A stretch of 45,740 nucleotides of DNA from Coriobacteriales bacterium (GTDB lineage Bacteria; Actinomycetota; Coriobacteriia; Coriobacteriales; UBA8131). The stretch is taken from assembly GCA_031279835.1 (NCBI GenBank), contig JAITHV010000064.1:1-45740 (forward strand), written 5' to 3'. The translations under genes and the position numbers were made by a program. This document shows positions 1 through 9,169 of this stretch, piece by piece. Every line of letters starts with the position of its first letter. Position 1 is the stretch's first letter. The notes beneath the pieces were generated by a model that saw nothing but the letters and a program-made list of their open reading frames with translations, was not told the origin of the DNA and did no database searches.

Positions 1-87
1 CGGACGCTCGGCTGCTAACGTGCCGCCGGCACGATAGCGACGCCTCGCCCCATGTCTGGCTTCAAATCCCTTGCCCTACAAACCAGA

Positions 88-120
88 CTGCCCGGAAGAG
101 CTCACAGCTCGCCCGGGCAG
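88..120 (-). terminator. Putative hairpin terminator directly 3' of tRNA-Leu
   Basis: Stem CTGCCCGG (88-95) pairs with CCGGGCAG (113-120), with inner GAGCT/AGCTC pairing. On the minus strand it begins 3 nt after the tRNA CCA end and is followed by TCTGGTTTGT. Confidence 0.35.
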
Positions 121-122
121 TA

Positions 123-208
123 TGGTGTCGGTGGAGGGATTTGAACCCTCACGTCCGTTCGGACACTAGCCCCTCAAGCTAGCGCGTCTGCCGTTCCGCC
201 ACACCGAC
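123..208 (-). tRNA. tRNA-Leu (anticodon GAG), type II with long variable arm, CCA encoded
   Basis: The reverse complement folds as a cloverleaf. Acceptor GTCGGTG/CACCGAC; anticodon stem CTAGC/GCTAG with loop TTGAGGG (anticodon GAG); long variable arm TGTCCGAACGGACG; T arm GAGGG-TTCAAAT-CCCTC; discriminator A plus CCA. Confidence 0.85.
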
Positions 209-227
209 GTGTTTCTTGCAAGAAAGC

Positions 228-255
228 ATTGTAGCAGGGTACAACGTTGTGTCAA
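228..255 (-). promoter_or_regulatory. Sigma-70-like promoter for tRNA-Leu
   Basis: On the minus strand, TTGACA (255-250), a 16-nt spacer, then TACAAT (233-228), about 20 nt upstream of the mature tRNA 5' end. A 14-bp palindrome TTTCTTGCAAGAAA (212-225) lies between the -10 and the tRNA. Confidence 0.55.
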
Positions 256-290
256 ATCCACAATGTGCCCCCGTCGACCACGCCGCCCTA

Positions 291-551
291 TTAGGCGGCT
301 GCTGCGATCGCCCCTTGTGGATAAATGATCATGAGCACGAGCACTGACACCAGGAACACAATCGCCGAAATAACGGTGATGCGGTCGAGGTTCTTCTCGA
401 TAAGCCCCGTGCTGATTGACGAATTGTACACCTGTCCAGCGATTACGTCAGAAAGCCCCGTTCCCTTGCTCGAATGGAACAGGATCGATATGACCATGAC
501 GATTGCCGAAATAAGCCAAACGACAAGTACGAATATGAGCAAGAACAACAC
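291..551 (-). CDS. secG: Preprotein translocase subunit SecG (86 aa)
   Basis: Small two-TM protein with the SecG-like motif ILFHSSKGTGLSDVIAG. The GTG at 551 is preceded by AAGGAG with a 6-nt spacer. The N-terminal 30 aa of the 116-aa ORF were discarded as read-through. Confidence 0.7.
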   Translation of the reverse strand: MLFLLIFVLVVWLISAIVMVISILFHSSKGTGLSDVIAGQVYNSSISTGLIEKNLDRITVISAIVFLVSVLVLMIIYPQGAIAAAA

Positions 552-591
552 GGTGGGCTCCTTTGATAAGCAAAGACAACGACTGATTATG

Positions 592-619
592 ATACTACAA
601 AACGAACTCGTGTGTGCAA
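592..619 (-). promoter_or_regulatory. Putative promoter upstream of secG
   Basis: On the minus strand, TTGCAC (619-614), a 16-nt spacer, then TAGTAT (597-592), in the ffh-secG intergenic region. Confidence 0.35.
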
Positions 620-693
620 GGGCACGACGGCACAACGGCACGACGGTCTAAGGCGGATCAAGGACTTAATGCGGCAGGCTGTTCAGGCAGACC

Positions 694-2109
694 TTACTTG
701 AGCAGGTCTTCCAGGTTCTTGAGGTCGCGCAACGACATACCACCCGGCAGGCCAGGCAGGCTGCGGCGACGGCCTTGCTTGCCCTTCTTGCCCTTCTTGC
801 CCTTTCCCCTGCCTTCCGACGCGTCGAGCATGCCGAGCTTCTTTATCATCTTGCGCGTCTCCTCGTATTGCTTGACGAGCTGGTTCACGTCGAAGACGTC
901 GACTCCGGCACCGGCGGCAATGCGTTGACGACGTGAGCCATTGAGCGTCTGAGGCCGGGCGCGCTCTTGCTTGGTCATCGAGTTGATGATGACCTCCATC
1001 TTGTCAAGTGCCCCCTCGTCTACCTTTCCGCCCGAGAGGGCGGCCTCGCCGCCAGGCAAGGCGCGCAGCAGCCCGGCGATGCCGCCCATCTTGCGCACCT
1101 GGCGGTTCATCATGACGAAGTCGTCAAAGGTGAGCTCGGCGCGCGCGATGCGCGCGGCCTCTTCCTCGTCCATCTCAGCCTCAGCGACAGCCTGCGCCTT
1201 TTCGATGAGGGAGACCATGTCGCCCATGCCGAGGATGCGCTTGGCCATGCGATCAGGGTAGAACTCCTCGAGTGAAGCGGGTTTCTCCCCTTCTGAGGTA
1301 TACAGGATGGGCTTTCCGGTCATTGCGCGGACAGACAAGGCGCCGCCGCCCCGGGCGTCGCCGTCCATCTTGGACATGATGACGCCGTCGAAGTCGACGC
1401 GCGCGGCGAAGGCCTCGACGACCGTCACGACGTCTTGTCCCGTCATGGCGTCCACCACCATGAGCACCTGCTCAGGCCTCACGGCCTCCTTGATGGCCGC
1501 TGCCTCTGCCATCATCCCCTCGTCCACGTGCAGGCGTCCAGCAGTGTCGATGATAACGATGTCACGCATGGTGTCGATTGCCTCGCGCACTGCTGCCTTT
1601 GCGATGCCCACCGGGTCAACGCCGTCGCCGCGAAAGACGCGCACGTCGATGTCGTGTCCGAGCGACTCGAGCTGGTCGGCCGCAGCCGGGCGGTACACGT
1701 CGGCGGCAGCGAGGAGCGGCACGTGCCCCTGCTGCTTGAGGCGATAGGCAAGCTTGGCCGCGGCAGTGGTCTTGCCAGAGCCTTGCAGCCCGACGAGCAT
1801 GATTACGTTCGGGATGCGCGAAGAAAGCGCCAGCTTGACAGTCTGAGAGCCAAGCAGCTCGGTGAGCTGGTCAAGCACGATCTTGATGACGTTTTGCGAC
1901 GGAGTGAGAGACTCGAGCACCTCGGAGACAAGCGCCTTCTCCTTGGTTGCAGAGATAAAGCCCTTCGCCACTTTGAAGTTGACGTCCGCCTCGAGCAGGG
2001 CGAGGCGGATCTCCCGCATCGCAGCGTCGATGTCCGACTCGGTTAAACGGCCCTTGGCGCGCAGGTCGCCGAACACCTCTTGAAGGCGGCCCGAGAGGTT
2101 GTCAAACAT
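694..2109 (-). CDS. ffh: Signal recognition particle protein Ffh (SRP54)
   Basis: N domain MFDNLSGRLQEVF; GTPase motifs GLQGSGKTTAAAKLA, DTAGR and SKMDGDARGG; Met-rich M domain; Lys/Arg-rich tail. Confidence 0.97.
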   Translation of the reverse strand: MFDNLSGRLQEVFGDLRAKGRLTESDIDAAMREIRLALLEADVNFKVAKGFISATKEKALVSEVLESLTPSQNVIKIVLDQLTELLGSQTVKLALSSRIPNVIMLVGLQGSGKTTAAAKLAYRLKQQGHVPLLAAADVYRPAAADQLESLGHDIDVRVFRGDGVDPVGIAKAAVREAIDTMRDIVIIDTAGRLHVDEGMMAEAAAIKEAVRPEQVLMVVDAMTGQDVVTVVEAFAARVDFDGVIMSKMDGDARGGGALSVRAMTGKPILYTSEGEKPASLEEFYPDRMAKRILGMGDMVSLIEKAQAVAEAEMDEEEAARIARAELTFDDFVMMNRQVRKMGGIAGLLRALPGGEAALSGGKVDEGALDKMEVIINSMTKQERARPQTLNGSRRQRIAAGAGVDVFDVNQLVKQYEETRKMIKKLGMLDASEGRGKGKKGKKGKQGRRRSLPGLPGGMSLRDLKNLEDLLK

Positions 2110-2110
2110 A

Positions 2111-3058
2111 CTAGCTCCTTGTGTTGTTGATCAGCGCATGAGAAAACGCGAGCGCGTCGAAGGGGCGCAGGTCGTCGATGTGCTCCCCCACGCCTATGCG
2201 GAGGATGGGCACCTTGAGCTCATGTGATATCGCAGCCGCGATGCCCCCTTTTGCGGTTCCGTCGAGCTTGGTGACAATAACACCGTCGAGTTCCAGCGTG
2301 GCATGGAACTCTCGTGCCTGGAGCAGGCCGTTTTGCCCGGTCGTCGCGTCGATGACCAGCACGGTCTTTACCGGGAGCGGCACTGAGGCGCCGGTGGCGT
2401 CGCGCCATGCGTCGGCGCGACGGCGCGTGACCTTCACCACTTTGGCCAGCTCGCGCATGAGGTCGTCCGAGGTGTGCAGGCGCCCTGCGGTGTCGATGAG
2501 CACCAGGTCCGCACCGGCAGCCTCGGCGCGCTCAATGACGTCGAAGGAGACGCTGGCCGGGTCGGCGCCACGCTCGCGCTTGACCACCTCGACGCCGGCG
2601 CGGCCAGCCCAGACATCCAACTGCTCGATCGCAGCGGCACGAAACGTGTCCGCACTGCCGAGAAGCACGCGCCGCCCTGCGTCAACGCCGTTCTTGGCGA
2701 TCTTTCCGACGGTTGTGGTCTTTCCTGACCCGTTGATGCCGACGAAAAGCACGCACACGGGGCTTGTCTCAAAAAGGTCGTCGTCGGCTGGCGCGAACAG
2801 CCGGGCGATGGTCTCGCCCATGCGGTCAAGGACTGCGCGCGCGTCCGGAAGCGCGAGTCGTTGGGCGGTCTCGCGCAGCTGGTCCACGATGTCGAGGGTG
2901 GCAGGGGCACCGAAATCAGCGGATATGAGCGTCTCTTCCAGGTCGTCCCAAAAGTCCTCGTCCAACGAAGGCCCGCGGTCGAGGATTATGTTTATCTGCT
3001 CAGAGAATCGCTCACGGGTGCGCGCGAGCCCAGCGCTTAGGCGGTCGAGCCAGGCCAT
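2111..3058 (-). CDS. ftsY: SRP receptor FtsY
   Basis: Motifs GINGSGKTTTVGKIA, DTAGR and TKLDGTAKGG. The start overlaps the smc stop by 1 nt (TGATG), and the stop lies 1 nt before the ffh start. Confidence 0.95.
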   Translation of the reverse strand: MAWLDRLSAGLARTRERFSEQINIILDRGPSLDEDFWDDLEETLISADFGAPATLDIVDQLRETAQRLALPDARAVLDRMGETIARLFAPADDDLFETSPVCVLFVGINGSGKTTTVGKIAKNGVDAGRRVLLGSADTFRAAAIEQLDVWAGRAGVEVVKRERGADPASVSFDVIERAEAAGADLVLIDTAGRLHTSDDLMRELAKVVKVTRRRADAWRDATGASVPLPVKTVLVIDATTGQNGLLQAREFHATLELDGVIVTKLDGTAKGGIAAAISHELKVPILRIGVGEHIDDLRPFDALAFSHALINNTRS

Positions 3059-6000
3059 CAGGCGTCGGTCCCGAGGTCGTCGTAGGTGGCGCCTAGACTG
3101 TCGCCTCCTTGGGCTTTGTCTTCGGCTTTGCCTTTGCCATCCTGGGAGTCAAGCCAGTCGTCGTAGCTCCAGATTGTCGTTTCGGGCTCAACTGCGCTTG
3201 CTTGCTCAGCAGCCACTGCCTGTGTCGCTGGCATGACCGGTGCTGCAGGTGCAGCGGTGGGGACCAAAGGCGCAGGGGCGCCACGAGTCGCCATCTGCCT
3301 TCCAGCACCCGGCAGCTCTGCGTTGTCCACCGTGTTGGAGGCGTACCCCACTGCCTCGTCGAGTCGCTGGCTCACCAGCTTGGATATGCCAGCTGCCTGC
3401 ATAGTCACGCCATACAAGACATCGGCGCGCTCCATGGTGCGGCGCTGATGGCTGACCAGGATGAGCTGGGTCTTCTCACGCAGATGGTCAAGATAGTCAA
3501 GCAGGCGCTGCAAGTTGGTGTCGTCGAGCGCCGCCTCCACCTCGTCAAGGATGTAGAAAGGCACGCTGCGGATCCGATAGATGGCAAACAGCAGCGCAAG
3601 TGCCACGAGCGACTTTTCTCCACCGCTCATCATCGAGAGCTTGAGTATCTTCTTGCCCTGAGGCTGAGCGCTCACCTCGATCCCGACAAGGTCTGGCCCT
3701 TCTCCCTCAGTGAGAATGAGCTGACCGGACCCGCCGGGGAACAAGATTGAGAATATCTCTTGGAAGTTGCGGTTGACCTCGTCAAATGTCTCAAGGAACT
3801 GGTTTCGCATCTTTTTATCGAGCGCGGAGGAGATCTTTGCAAGTGCCTTACGCGCCTCGCGCAGGTCCTCGACCTGGCTCAAGATATAGTCGCGGCGCGT
3901 CTTGAGCGACTCGTACTCCTCCATGGCAACGTGGTTGACCGCGCCAAGGTTGGCTATCTTACTGCGCAGGCGGTTGGCGCGCTCCTCGGCGGTGGTGCGG
4001 TCTGCCGGCGAGGGCACCTCGAGCGCAGACTCGAGCGAGGTCTCGTACTCGTTGACGATGCGCTGCATAGCATGCTGCACGCTGCTCTCCAGCTTGCCCT
4101 GCTCGACCAGCACGACGGTGCGCCGCTCGTTGATCTCATCGAGCGCCTTGCGCGCCTCCTCGACGGCCGCGTTCGCCTCGCTAATCACTTTGCGCAGGTT
4201 CGTCGAGTCGGTCTGTTCGAGCATGGCCTGGTCGTTGAGCTTCTCAGCCCAGCTGCTCGCATGCGCGTGCAGCTCCTCGTACAGCTTGTAAAGCGGGTCG
4301 ATGCGCAGACGTATAGAGTCGAGCGCGGACTCTGTCTGGGCTGAGACCTCAAGCGTCTTGTCGAGCTGCTTTATCTCGTTTTGTATCTCGACAATACGGC
4401 TGCGCGAGTAATTCGTCGCTCCTTTGGAGGCCTCTAGGTTCACTTTGCATTCAGCAAGCCGTTCGGTGATCGAAGTCTTCTCCTCGGTAGCCGAGGCCAG
4501 CTTCTCCGAGGCTGCCTGCGCGGTCTCTTTGAGGCGGGCAATCTCTTCCGTGAGCGTCTCGATGCGTTGCTCGTACTCAGCGGCGAGCGGCGCCGTGCTC
4601 TCGCGGCGGTGGCGGATGTCGACAAGCTTGCGCTCCGTCTCGGCGCGCTGCGCGAGCATGCGTGTCATGGACTCTTCGAGTCGGGCGATCTCCTCGCGCG
4701 CTGAGTCGGTGTCGCCCTGGAGCTTGGCGAGCCCAGTCGCAATCTCAAAGTCGTCGAGCTGGCCAGCCTCTAGATTCTTCTCGGCAGTAGACACCTCAAG
4801 CTCCATGTCGGCGAGCTGGTCTTCGAGCGCGGCGATGCTCTCGGCAAAGCCTTCCATCTTTCGGCGGCGCTCAAGCACGCCGTCCACGTCGGCGATCTGC
4901 ACGCCCAAGGTCATCTTGCCGTTTGGCCAGAGAATCGTGCCATCGGGGGTGATGAAGCGCACGCCCACGCGGTCGTGCAGGTGGTATTGCTGCGCGTCGG
5001 CAATAGAGGGAGCGAGGTAGATGTCGCCCAACAGCGCAGTGAAGACGCGGTGCTGCGAGGCGGGGTACTCGAGAAAGTCGATAAGACGGTCGCCGCGCGC
5101 CGAGCGGTCCTCGATGGAGCGCATGCCCTCAAGGGGCAGCAGCGAGATGGCGCCTTGGTTGCTCTCGGCCAACAGGCTTTCGGCGATGACGCGCACTGAC
5201 TCGTTGTCGCGCACGAGCAGGCCAAAGAGGTCTGCGCCCAACAGGCGCTCCACCAGGCGCTCAAGCTCGGAGGCGGTTACATCGAGCGGAAGCTCCTTGG
5301 CGGGCGACACTTTAAAAGACTGGGAGAGAGGGCCGACGATGCCGTTGAACTCGTCTTTGCGCATCATGACCCATGACAAGGCCGGCGAGGCAGCCTCGAA
5401 GGCACGGTCTATCTCTTCTAGTGCCTTGAGCTGGGCGCGGTGCTCAGACAGCTCGCTGCGCTTCGCTTCGGTCCGGCGCCTGCGCTCGTCGAGGATGCGG
5501 ACGAACTTGTCTATCTCGTTTTTAGCGATCTCCGACTCTCGACGCGACTTGTTGAGCTCCGTCTCGATCTCCTCAAGCTTGCTGCGGCGCACGGCGAGCA
5601 CCGACTGTGTGGCAGAGAACTCGGAGTCGGCATGCTCGAAACGCTCCTTGAGGAACTCCTCCTCGAGGTCGATCGAGGCGAGCGAGTCGTCAGTCTTGGC
5701 AAGGCTGCTTTTCGCGATCTCAAGCGCTGACTCACGACCACGTAGCGTCGAGCTGACCTCCGAATAGTCCCTCTCAACCTGCTTGCGCGCGCGCGTCGCC
5801 GTCTCTGACTGTCGGCTCAGCTCGTTGAAGTTTGCGTAGAGTGCCTCGAGGCGCGCCTCGCCCTCTGCTGCCTCGGCAGAGACGCGCTTGATGTCGCCCT
5901 CGGCAACTGCCAGCCTGCTCGTCGAGTTGTGGATCGTGGCGCGCAGGTCTGAGAGCCGCGACACCATGTTCTTGCCCTTCTCCTCGAGCACCTGCATGCC

Positions 6001-6906
6001 GGCAGACAGACGTTGGATGATGGAGAGGCAGCGGATGCGCTGCTCGTTGATGTCGCCGACGAACAGGCCCTTCTCCTCCAGGGCGACCTGCCGTCGCGCC
6101 AGCTCGGACTCACGCTCGTTGAGGCGGAAGTGGGCAAGCTCGGCCTCGGCCTCAATCTCGTTGCCGCGCTTGCCGAGCTGGTTCCACTCGCTTTGCAGCG
6201 AGCGGAGGTCGTCCACCACGAGCGCCAGGTCGAGCTCTTTGAGCTCCTCGACGTAGTCTTCGTGGAGCTTCGCGCGCTGCGCCTGGCGCTCAAGCGGGCG
6301 CAGCTGGGACTCGATGATCTTGATGATGTCGTCCACGCGTCCCAAGGTGACGTCCATGGCGTCGAGCTTGCGGGCGGCGCGCTCCTTGCGCTTCTTGTGC
6401 TTGAGAACGCCTGCGGCGTCCTCGATGAGCTCGCGGCGCTCCTCGGGGCGCGACTCGAGCACGGCAGTGAGGTTGCCTTGCCCGATGATGGAGTGCGCGG
6501 CTTGCCCGATGCCGGTGTCGTAGAGGATGTCCACGATGTCCATCCGGCGGCAGGGAGAGTTGTTGATGAAGTACTCGCTCTCGCCACTGCGGTACATGCG
6601 CCGTGTTATGGAGACTTGGTCAAACTCGATGGGCAACGTGTGGTCGGAGTTGTCGAGCACGAGGTCTACCTCGGCAACGCTGACGGCCTGGCGCGCTGAA
6701 GAGCCGGAGAATATCAGCTCCTCCAGTGACTGGACGCGCAAGTTGCGGGCATTGCGCTCGCCGAGCACCCACATGACCGCCTCGGATATATTTGACTTGC
6801 CCGACCCGTTGGGGCCGACAACGACAGATATACCCGGCTCGAAGTTTATCACCGACCTGTCGGCAAAGGACTTGAACCCCTTTATGACCAAAGACTTGAG
6901 ATACAC
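3058..6906 (-). CDS. smc: Chromosome partition protein Smc
   Basis: Walker A GPNGSGKSN; about 900 aa of coiled-coil/hinge; signature LSGGEKSLVALALLFA; Walker B FYILDEVEAALD. There is an extra ~96-aa Ala/Pro- and acidic-rich C-terminal tail. Confidence 0.97.
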   Translation of the reverse strand: MYLKSLVIKGFKSFADRSVINFEPGISVVVGPNGSGKSNISEAVMWVLGERNARNLRVQSLEELIFSGSSARQAVSVAEVDLVLDNSDHTLPIEFDQVSITRRMYRSGESEYFINNSPCRRMDIVDILYDTGIGQAAHSIIGQGNLTAVLESRPEERRELIEDAAGVLKHKKRKERAARKLDAMDVTLGRVDDIIKIIESQLRPLERQAQRAKLHEDYVEELKELDLALVVDDLRSLQSEWNQLGKRGNEIEAEAELAHFRLNERESELARRQVALEEKGLFVGDINEQRIRCLSIIQRLSAGMQVLEEKGKNMVSRLSDLRATIHNSTSRLAVAEGDIKRVSAEAAEGEARLEALYANFNELSRQSETATRARKQVERDYSEVSSTLRGRESALEIAKSSLAKTDDSLASIDLEEEFLKERFEHADSEFSATQSVLAVRRSKLEEIETELNKSRRESEIAKNEIDKFVRILDERRRRTEAKRSELSEHRAQLKALEEIDRAFEAASPALSWVMMRKDEFNGIVGPLSQSFKVSPAKELPLDVTASELERLVERLLGADLFGLLVRDNESVRVIAESLLAESNQGAISLLPLEGMRSIEDRSARGDRLIDFLEYPASQHRVFTALLGDIYLAPSIADAQQYHLHDRVGVRFITPDGTILWPNGKMTLGVQIADVDGVLERRRKMEGFAESIAALEDQLADMELEVSTAEKNLEAGQLDDFEIATGLAKLQGDTDSAREEIARLEESMTRMLAQRAETERKLVDIRHRRESTAPLAAEYEQRIETLTEEIARLKETAQAASEKLASATEEKTSITERLAECKVNLEASKGATNYSRSRIVEIQNEIKQLDKTLEVSAQTESALDSIRLRIDPLYKLYEELHAHASSWAEKLNDQAMLEQTDSTNLRKVISEANAAVEEARKALDEINERRTVVLVEQGKLESSVQHAMQRIVNEYETSLESALEVPSPADRTTAEERANRLRSKIANLGAVNHVAMEEYESLKTRRDYILSQVEDLREARKALAKISSALDKKMRNQFLETFDEVNRNFQEIFSILFPGGSGQLILTEGEGPDLVGIEVSAQPQGKKILKLSMMSGGEKSLVALALLFAIYRIRSVPFYILDEVEAALDDTNLQRLLDYLDHLREKTQLILVSHQRRTMERADVLYGVTMQAAGISKLVSQRLDEAVGYASNTVDNAELPGAGRQMATRGAPAPLVPTAAPAAPVMPATQAVAAEQASAVEPETTIWSYDDWLDSQDGKGKAEDKAQGGDSLGATYDDLGTDA

Positions 6907-7037
6907 GTCACTCCTTGTAGCTCGACCGCTTATGCCTGCGCGAATTGCTCTTCTGCTCTCTAATGCTTTTGACTTGCGCCGACACTATTCTACTTAAACA
7001 AGCACGGCTTTCACAGCCAAAACTGCTCTTTTTTATA

Positions 7038-7769
7038 TCAGCTGTCAGCTGTCAGGTCCTTAAGCGCCTCGGCAGCGGCAGCAGCCTCGGCGTCCTTCTT
7101 GGAATGCCCCTTGCCCTGCCCGATGACGGCTCCGCTGGCAAGAACGTTGACGGTGAACATGCGGCGGTGCGGCGGGCCTTCGGTCCTGACCACCTCGTAG
7201 GTAGGCGTCACATGCTGCATCTGGAGGGTCTCTTGGAGAAGTGACTTGGGGCTGGACGGCTCGTCGGCGAGGTCAGGCGATATATAGTCGCCGAGGCTCC
7301 GCTCTATCCAGGCCGTCGCCACATCGATCCCCCCGTCAAGGGTGAGCGCTGCGACAAGCGCCTCGTAAATGTCTTCAAGCGCCGACACAAGGCCGCGGTT
7401 GCCGGTGCCCTTCTCCGAGCTTCCAAAGACGATGAGCTTTGAAAAACCAAGTTCCTCGGCAATCGCTGAGAGACGTTGGCCTGAGACCAGCGCCACTTTG
7501 ATGCGCGTCATGCCTCCTTCGTCCAAGTGAGGAAACCTGTCGTAGACGAGGCGCGATATGATCATGCCTAAGACAGCGTCGCCCAAGAACTCGAGACGCT
7601 CGTAGGACTCGTCGGACTCCTCTCCGAGAACCGCAGAAGGGTGCGTGAGTGCCCGATAGAGCAACGAGCGGTCTTTGAAGCGGTAACCGAGGATTTTCTC
7701 TGCCAGCTCGCAACGGCGCTCGTCGGGAACACTTTGCGAGATGGGCGGCGAGGCAGGGTCACAGGACAC
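7038..7769 (-). CDS. rnc: Ribonuclease III
   Basis: RNase III signature [12 protein letters not shown] and a C-terminal dsRBD ([10 protein letters not shown] ... [14 protein letters not shown]). The GTG at 7769 is preferred because GGAGG lies 8 nt upstream. The ORF is open back to a TTG at 7793. Confidence 0.88.
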   Translation of the reverse strand: MSCDPASPPISQSVPDERRCELAEKILGYRFKDRSLLYRALTHPSAVLGEESDESYERLEFLGDAVLGMIISRLVYDRFPHLDEGGMTRIKVALVSGQRLSAIAEELGFSKLIVFGSSEKGTGNRGLVSALEDIYEALVAALTLDGGIDVATAWIERSLGDYISPDLADEPSSPKSLLQETLQMQHVTPTYEVVRTEGPPHRRMFTVNVLASGAVIGQGKGHSKKDAEAAAAAEALKDLTADS

Positions 7770-8844
7770 TAAAGGTACCTCCGATAGCTGCAACGGCGGA
7801 TGGCGCCGTCAATTCGCTCGCGCTGATCGCATCGGCGACGCGCCCGGCAAGCCCGGCGCGCACCATCTCGGCCGTTGCATGAATGCCGTTGGCAATGGCT
7901 GTGGCACTTGACGACCCGTGTCCGATGACGACCGGGGCTTTAAGCCCGAGCAGTGGCGCCCCGCCGTATTTCTCCGCGCTCATGGTCTCTTTGAGCACGG
8001 AGAGCCTGGACTTCACCAGACAGGCCCCAAGCTTTGCCGACAGAGAAGAGGTGAAAACAGACTTCAGCTGCGCAAAAAGCGCTCCTGCCGTGCCTTCTAT
8101 GGCCTTGAGCAGGATGTTTCCGGTAAAGCCGTCGGTAACAATGCAGTCGAACCTGCCCGAGAACACGTCGTCTCCCTCGGCATTGCCCGCAAAGCCCTCA
8201 AGCTCACGCGCAAGCAACAGGTGGGCCTCTTGGGCGAGAGCCGAGCCTTTTGCCTCTTCAGAGCCGATGTTCAAGAGCGCGCAGCGCGGCTCGCTGACAT
8301 TGAGCACCGCCTTGGCATAGGCACACGCCATATGGGCAAACTGCAGCAAGTACTCAGGCTTGACGTCGGCGTTTGCTCCGACATCGGCCAAGACGACAGG
8401 GGCGGCAGGCGCCGGTATAACAGCGGCAATGGCTGGCCGCGAAACCCCCTTGGCACGACCGATGACAAGTGTCGCGGCAGCCATGCAGGCCCCCGTGGAC
8501 CCCGCAGAAAAAAAGGCGTCTGCGCTCCCTTCCTTTACCAAACGGCAGGCAACGACGATGGAAGAGTCTCGCTTGGCCTTCACGGCCGTTGCAGGATGCT
8601 CGTCCATCCCAATGGCTTCCGTAGTCGAGAACGCGGTCACGCGGGCAGGTTGCTCTTGAGCAAAAGGAACCACGACTTCTTCATGCCCGGTAAGAACCAA
8701 GCTGAGGAACGGGTCTGCCTCTAAAGCCGCGCGAGCGCCCGCACAGACGACATCCGGCGCCTTGTCGCCGCCAAGGGCATCAACGGCCACGGTCACTGGC
8801 GTGGTGTGACCGTGGCCGAATGCGGGATTCGCCGCGTTGCTCAT
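7759..8844 (-). CDS. plsX: Phosphate acyltransferase PlsX
   Basis: Full-length PlsX-like pattern (VAVDALGGD ... [10 protein letters not shown] ... IGHGSS), in the usual rpmF-plsX context. Confidence 0.92.
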   Translation of the reverse strand: MSNAANPAFGHGHTTPVTVAVDALGGDKAPDVVCAGARAALEADPFLSLVLTGHEEVVVPFAQEQPARVTAFSTTEAIGMDEHPATAVKAKRDSSIVVACRLVKEGSADAFFSAGSTGACMAAATLVIGRAKGVSRPAIAAVIPAPAAPVVLADVGANADVKPEYLLQFAHMACAYAKAVLNVSEPRCALLNIGSEEAKGSALAQEAHLLLARELEGFAGNAEGDDVFSGRFDCIVTDGFTGNILLKAIEGTAGALFAQLKSVFTSSLSAKLGACLVKSRLSVLKETMSAEKYGGAPLLGLKAPVVIGHGSSSATAIANGIHATAEMVRAGLAGRVADAISASELTAPSAVAAIGGTFSVL

Positions 8845-8876
8845 AATGGAAAACTAAGACGAGCCGGCGCGGGCGC

Positions 8877-9056
8877 TCAGTCGACGATGATGACTTCGCG
8901 ACCTTTGTAGTGGCCGCAGTTTCCGCATACGAAGTGAGGGCGCGTGACCGCTCCGCACTTCGAGCAAACCGCGCGAGGCGCCACCGGCGCCTTGTCGTTT
9001 GCGCTGCGACGCGCGTGAGTCCTTGCGCGCCCAGTCCTTCTCTTGGGTACTGCCAT
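8877..9056 (-). CDS. rpmF: 50S ribosomal protein L32
   Basis: 59 aa starting MAVPKRRTGRARTHARR with a CxxC...CxxC zinc ribbon. ATG at 9056 is preceded by GAGGAGG. The upstream part of the 145-aa ORF was discarded. Confidence 0.9.
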   Translation of the reverse strand: MAVPKRRTGRARTHARRSANDKAPVAPRAVCSKCGAVTRPHFVCGNCGHYKGREVIIVD

Positions 9057-9140
9057 GGCTAACCAATCCTCCTCATTGAGGTCGATACGACGTTTCTGTA
9101 GTGGCTGGGGAATTGTAAGTCCCACAAAGCATAAAGCGTG

Positions 9141-9169
9141 ATTGTACCATCTGCGCAGGGCTTTGTCAC
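9141..9169 (-). promoter_or_regulatory. Putative promoter for rpmF-plsX
   Basis: On the minus strand, GTGACA (9169-9164), a 17-nt spacer, then TACAAT (9146-9141) with TG two nt upstream (extended -10). The -35 overlaps the xerC stop codon. Confidence 0.45.

Noticed and set aside
1-87. Possible 3' end of a plus-strand gene (frame ending TAA at 16-18) followed by the hairpin CGTGCC-gcc-GGCACG.
   Set aside because: Only five codons are visible and no ORF is listed, so it cannot be told apart from noise at the window edge.
316-324. Perfect DnaA-box consensus (TGTGGATAA, the complement of TTATCCACA).
   Set aside because: It is a single copy inside the secG coding region. There is no cluster of boxes and no adjacent AT-rich unwinding element or dnaA/dnaN genes, so it is not an origin.
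621-644. Three tandem 8-bp units, GGCACGAC GGCACAAC GGCACGAC, just upstream of the putative secG promoter.
   Set aside because: The array is very short and imperfect with no partner structure. It is plausibly a chance microsatellite in GC-rich intergenic DNA, and no function can be supported.
2178-3236. Long antisense or alternative-frame ORFs across the high-GC genes. Examples are 2178-3236 (+), 1435-2046 (+), 5817-6587 (-), 23424-24194 (-), 29911-31104 (-), 42825-43607 (+), 43306-44265 (+) and 21810-22388 (+).
   Set aside because: Each is fully overlapped by a gene with clear family motifs on the other strand or frame. Their translations are Arg/Ala/Pro/Ser-rich low-complexity sequence, which is typical of spurious ORFs in GC-rich DNA. 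None shows a recognisable motif.
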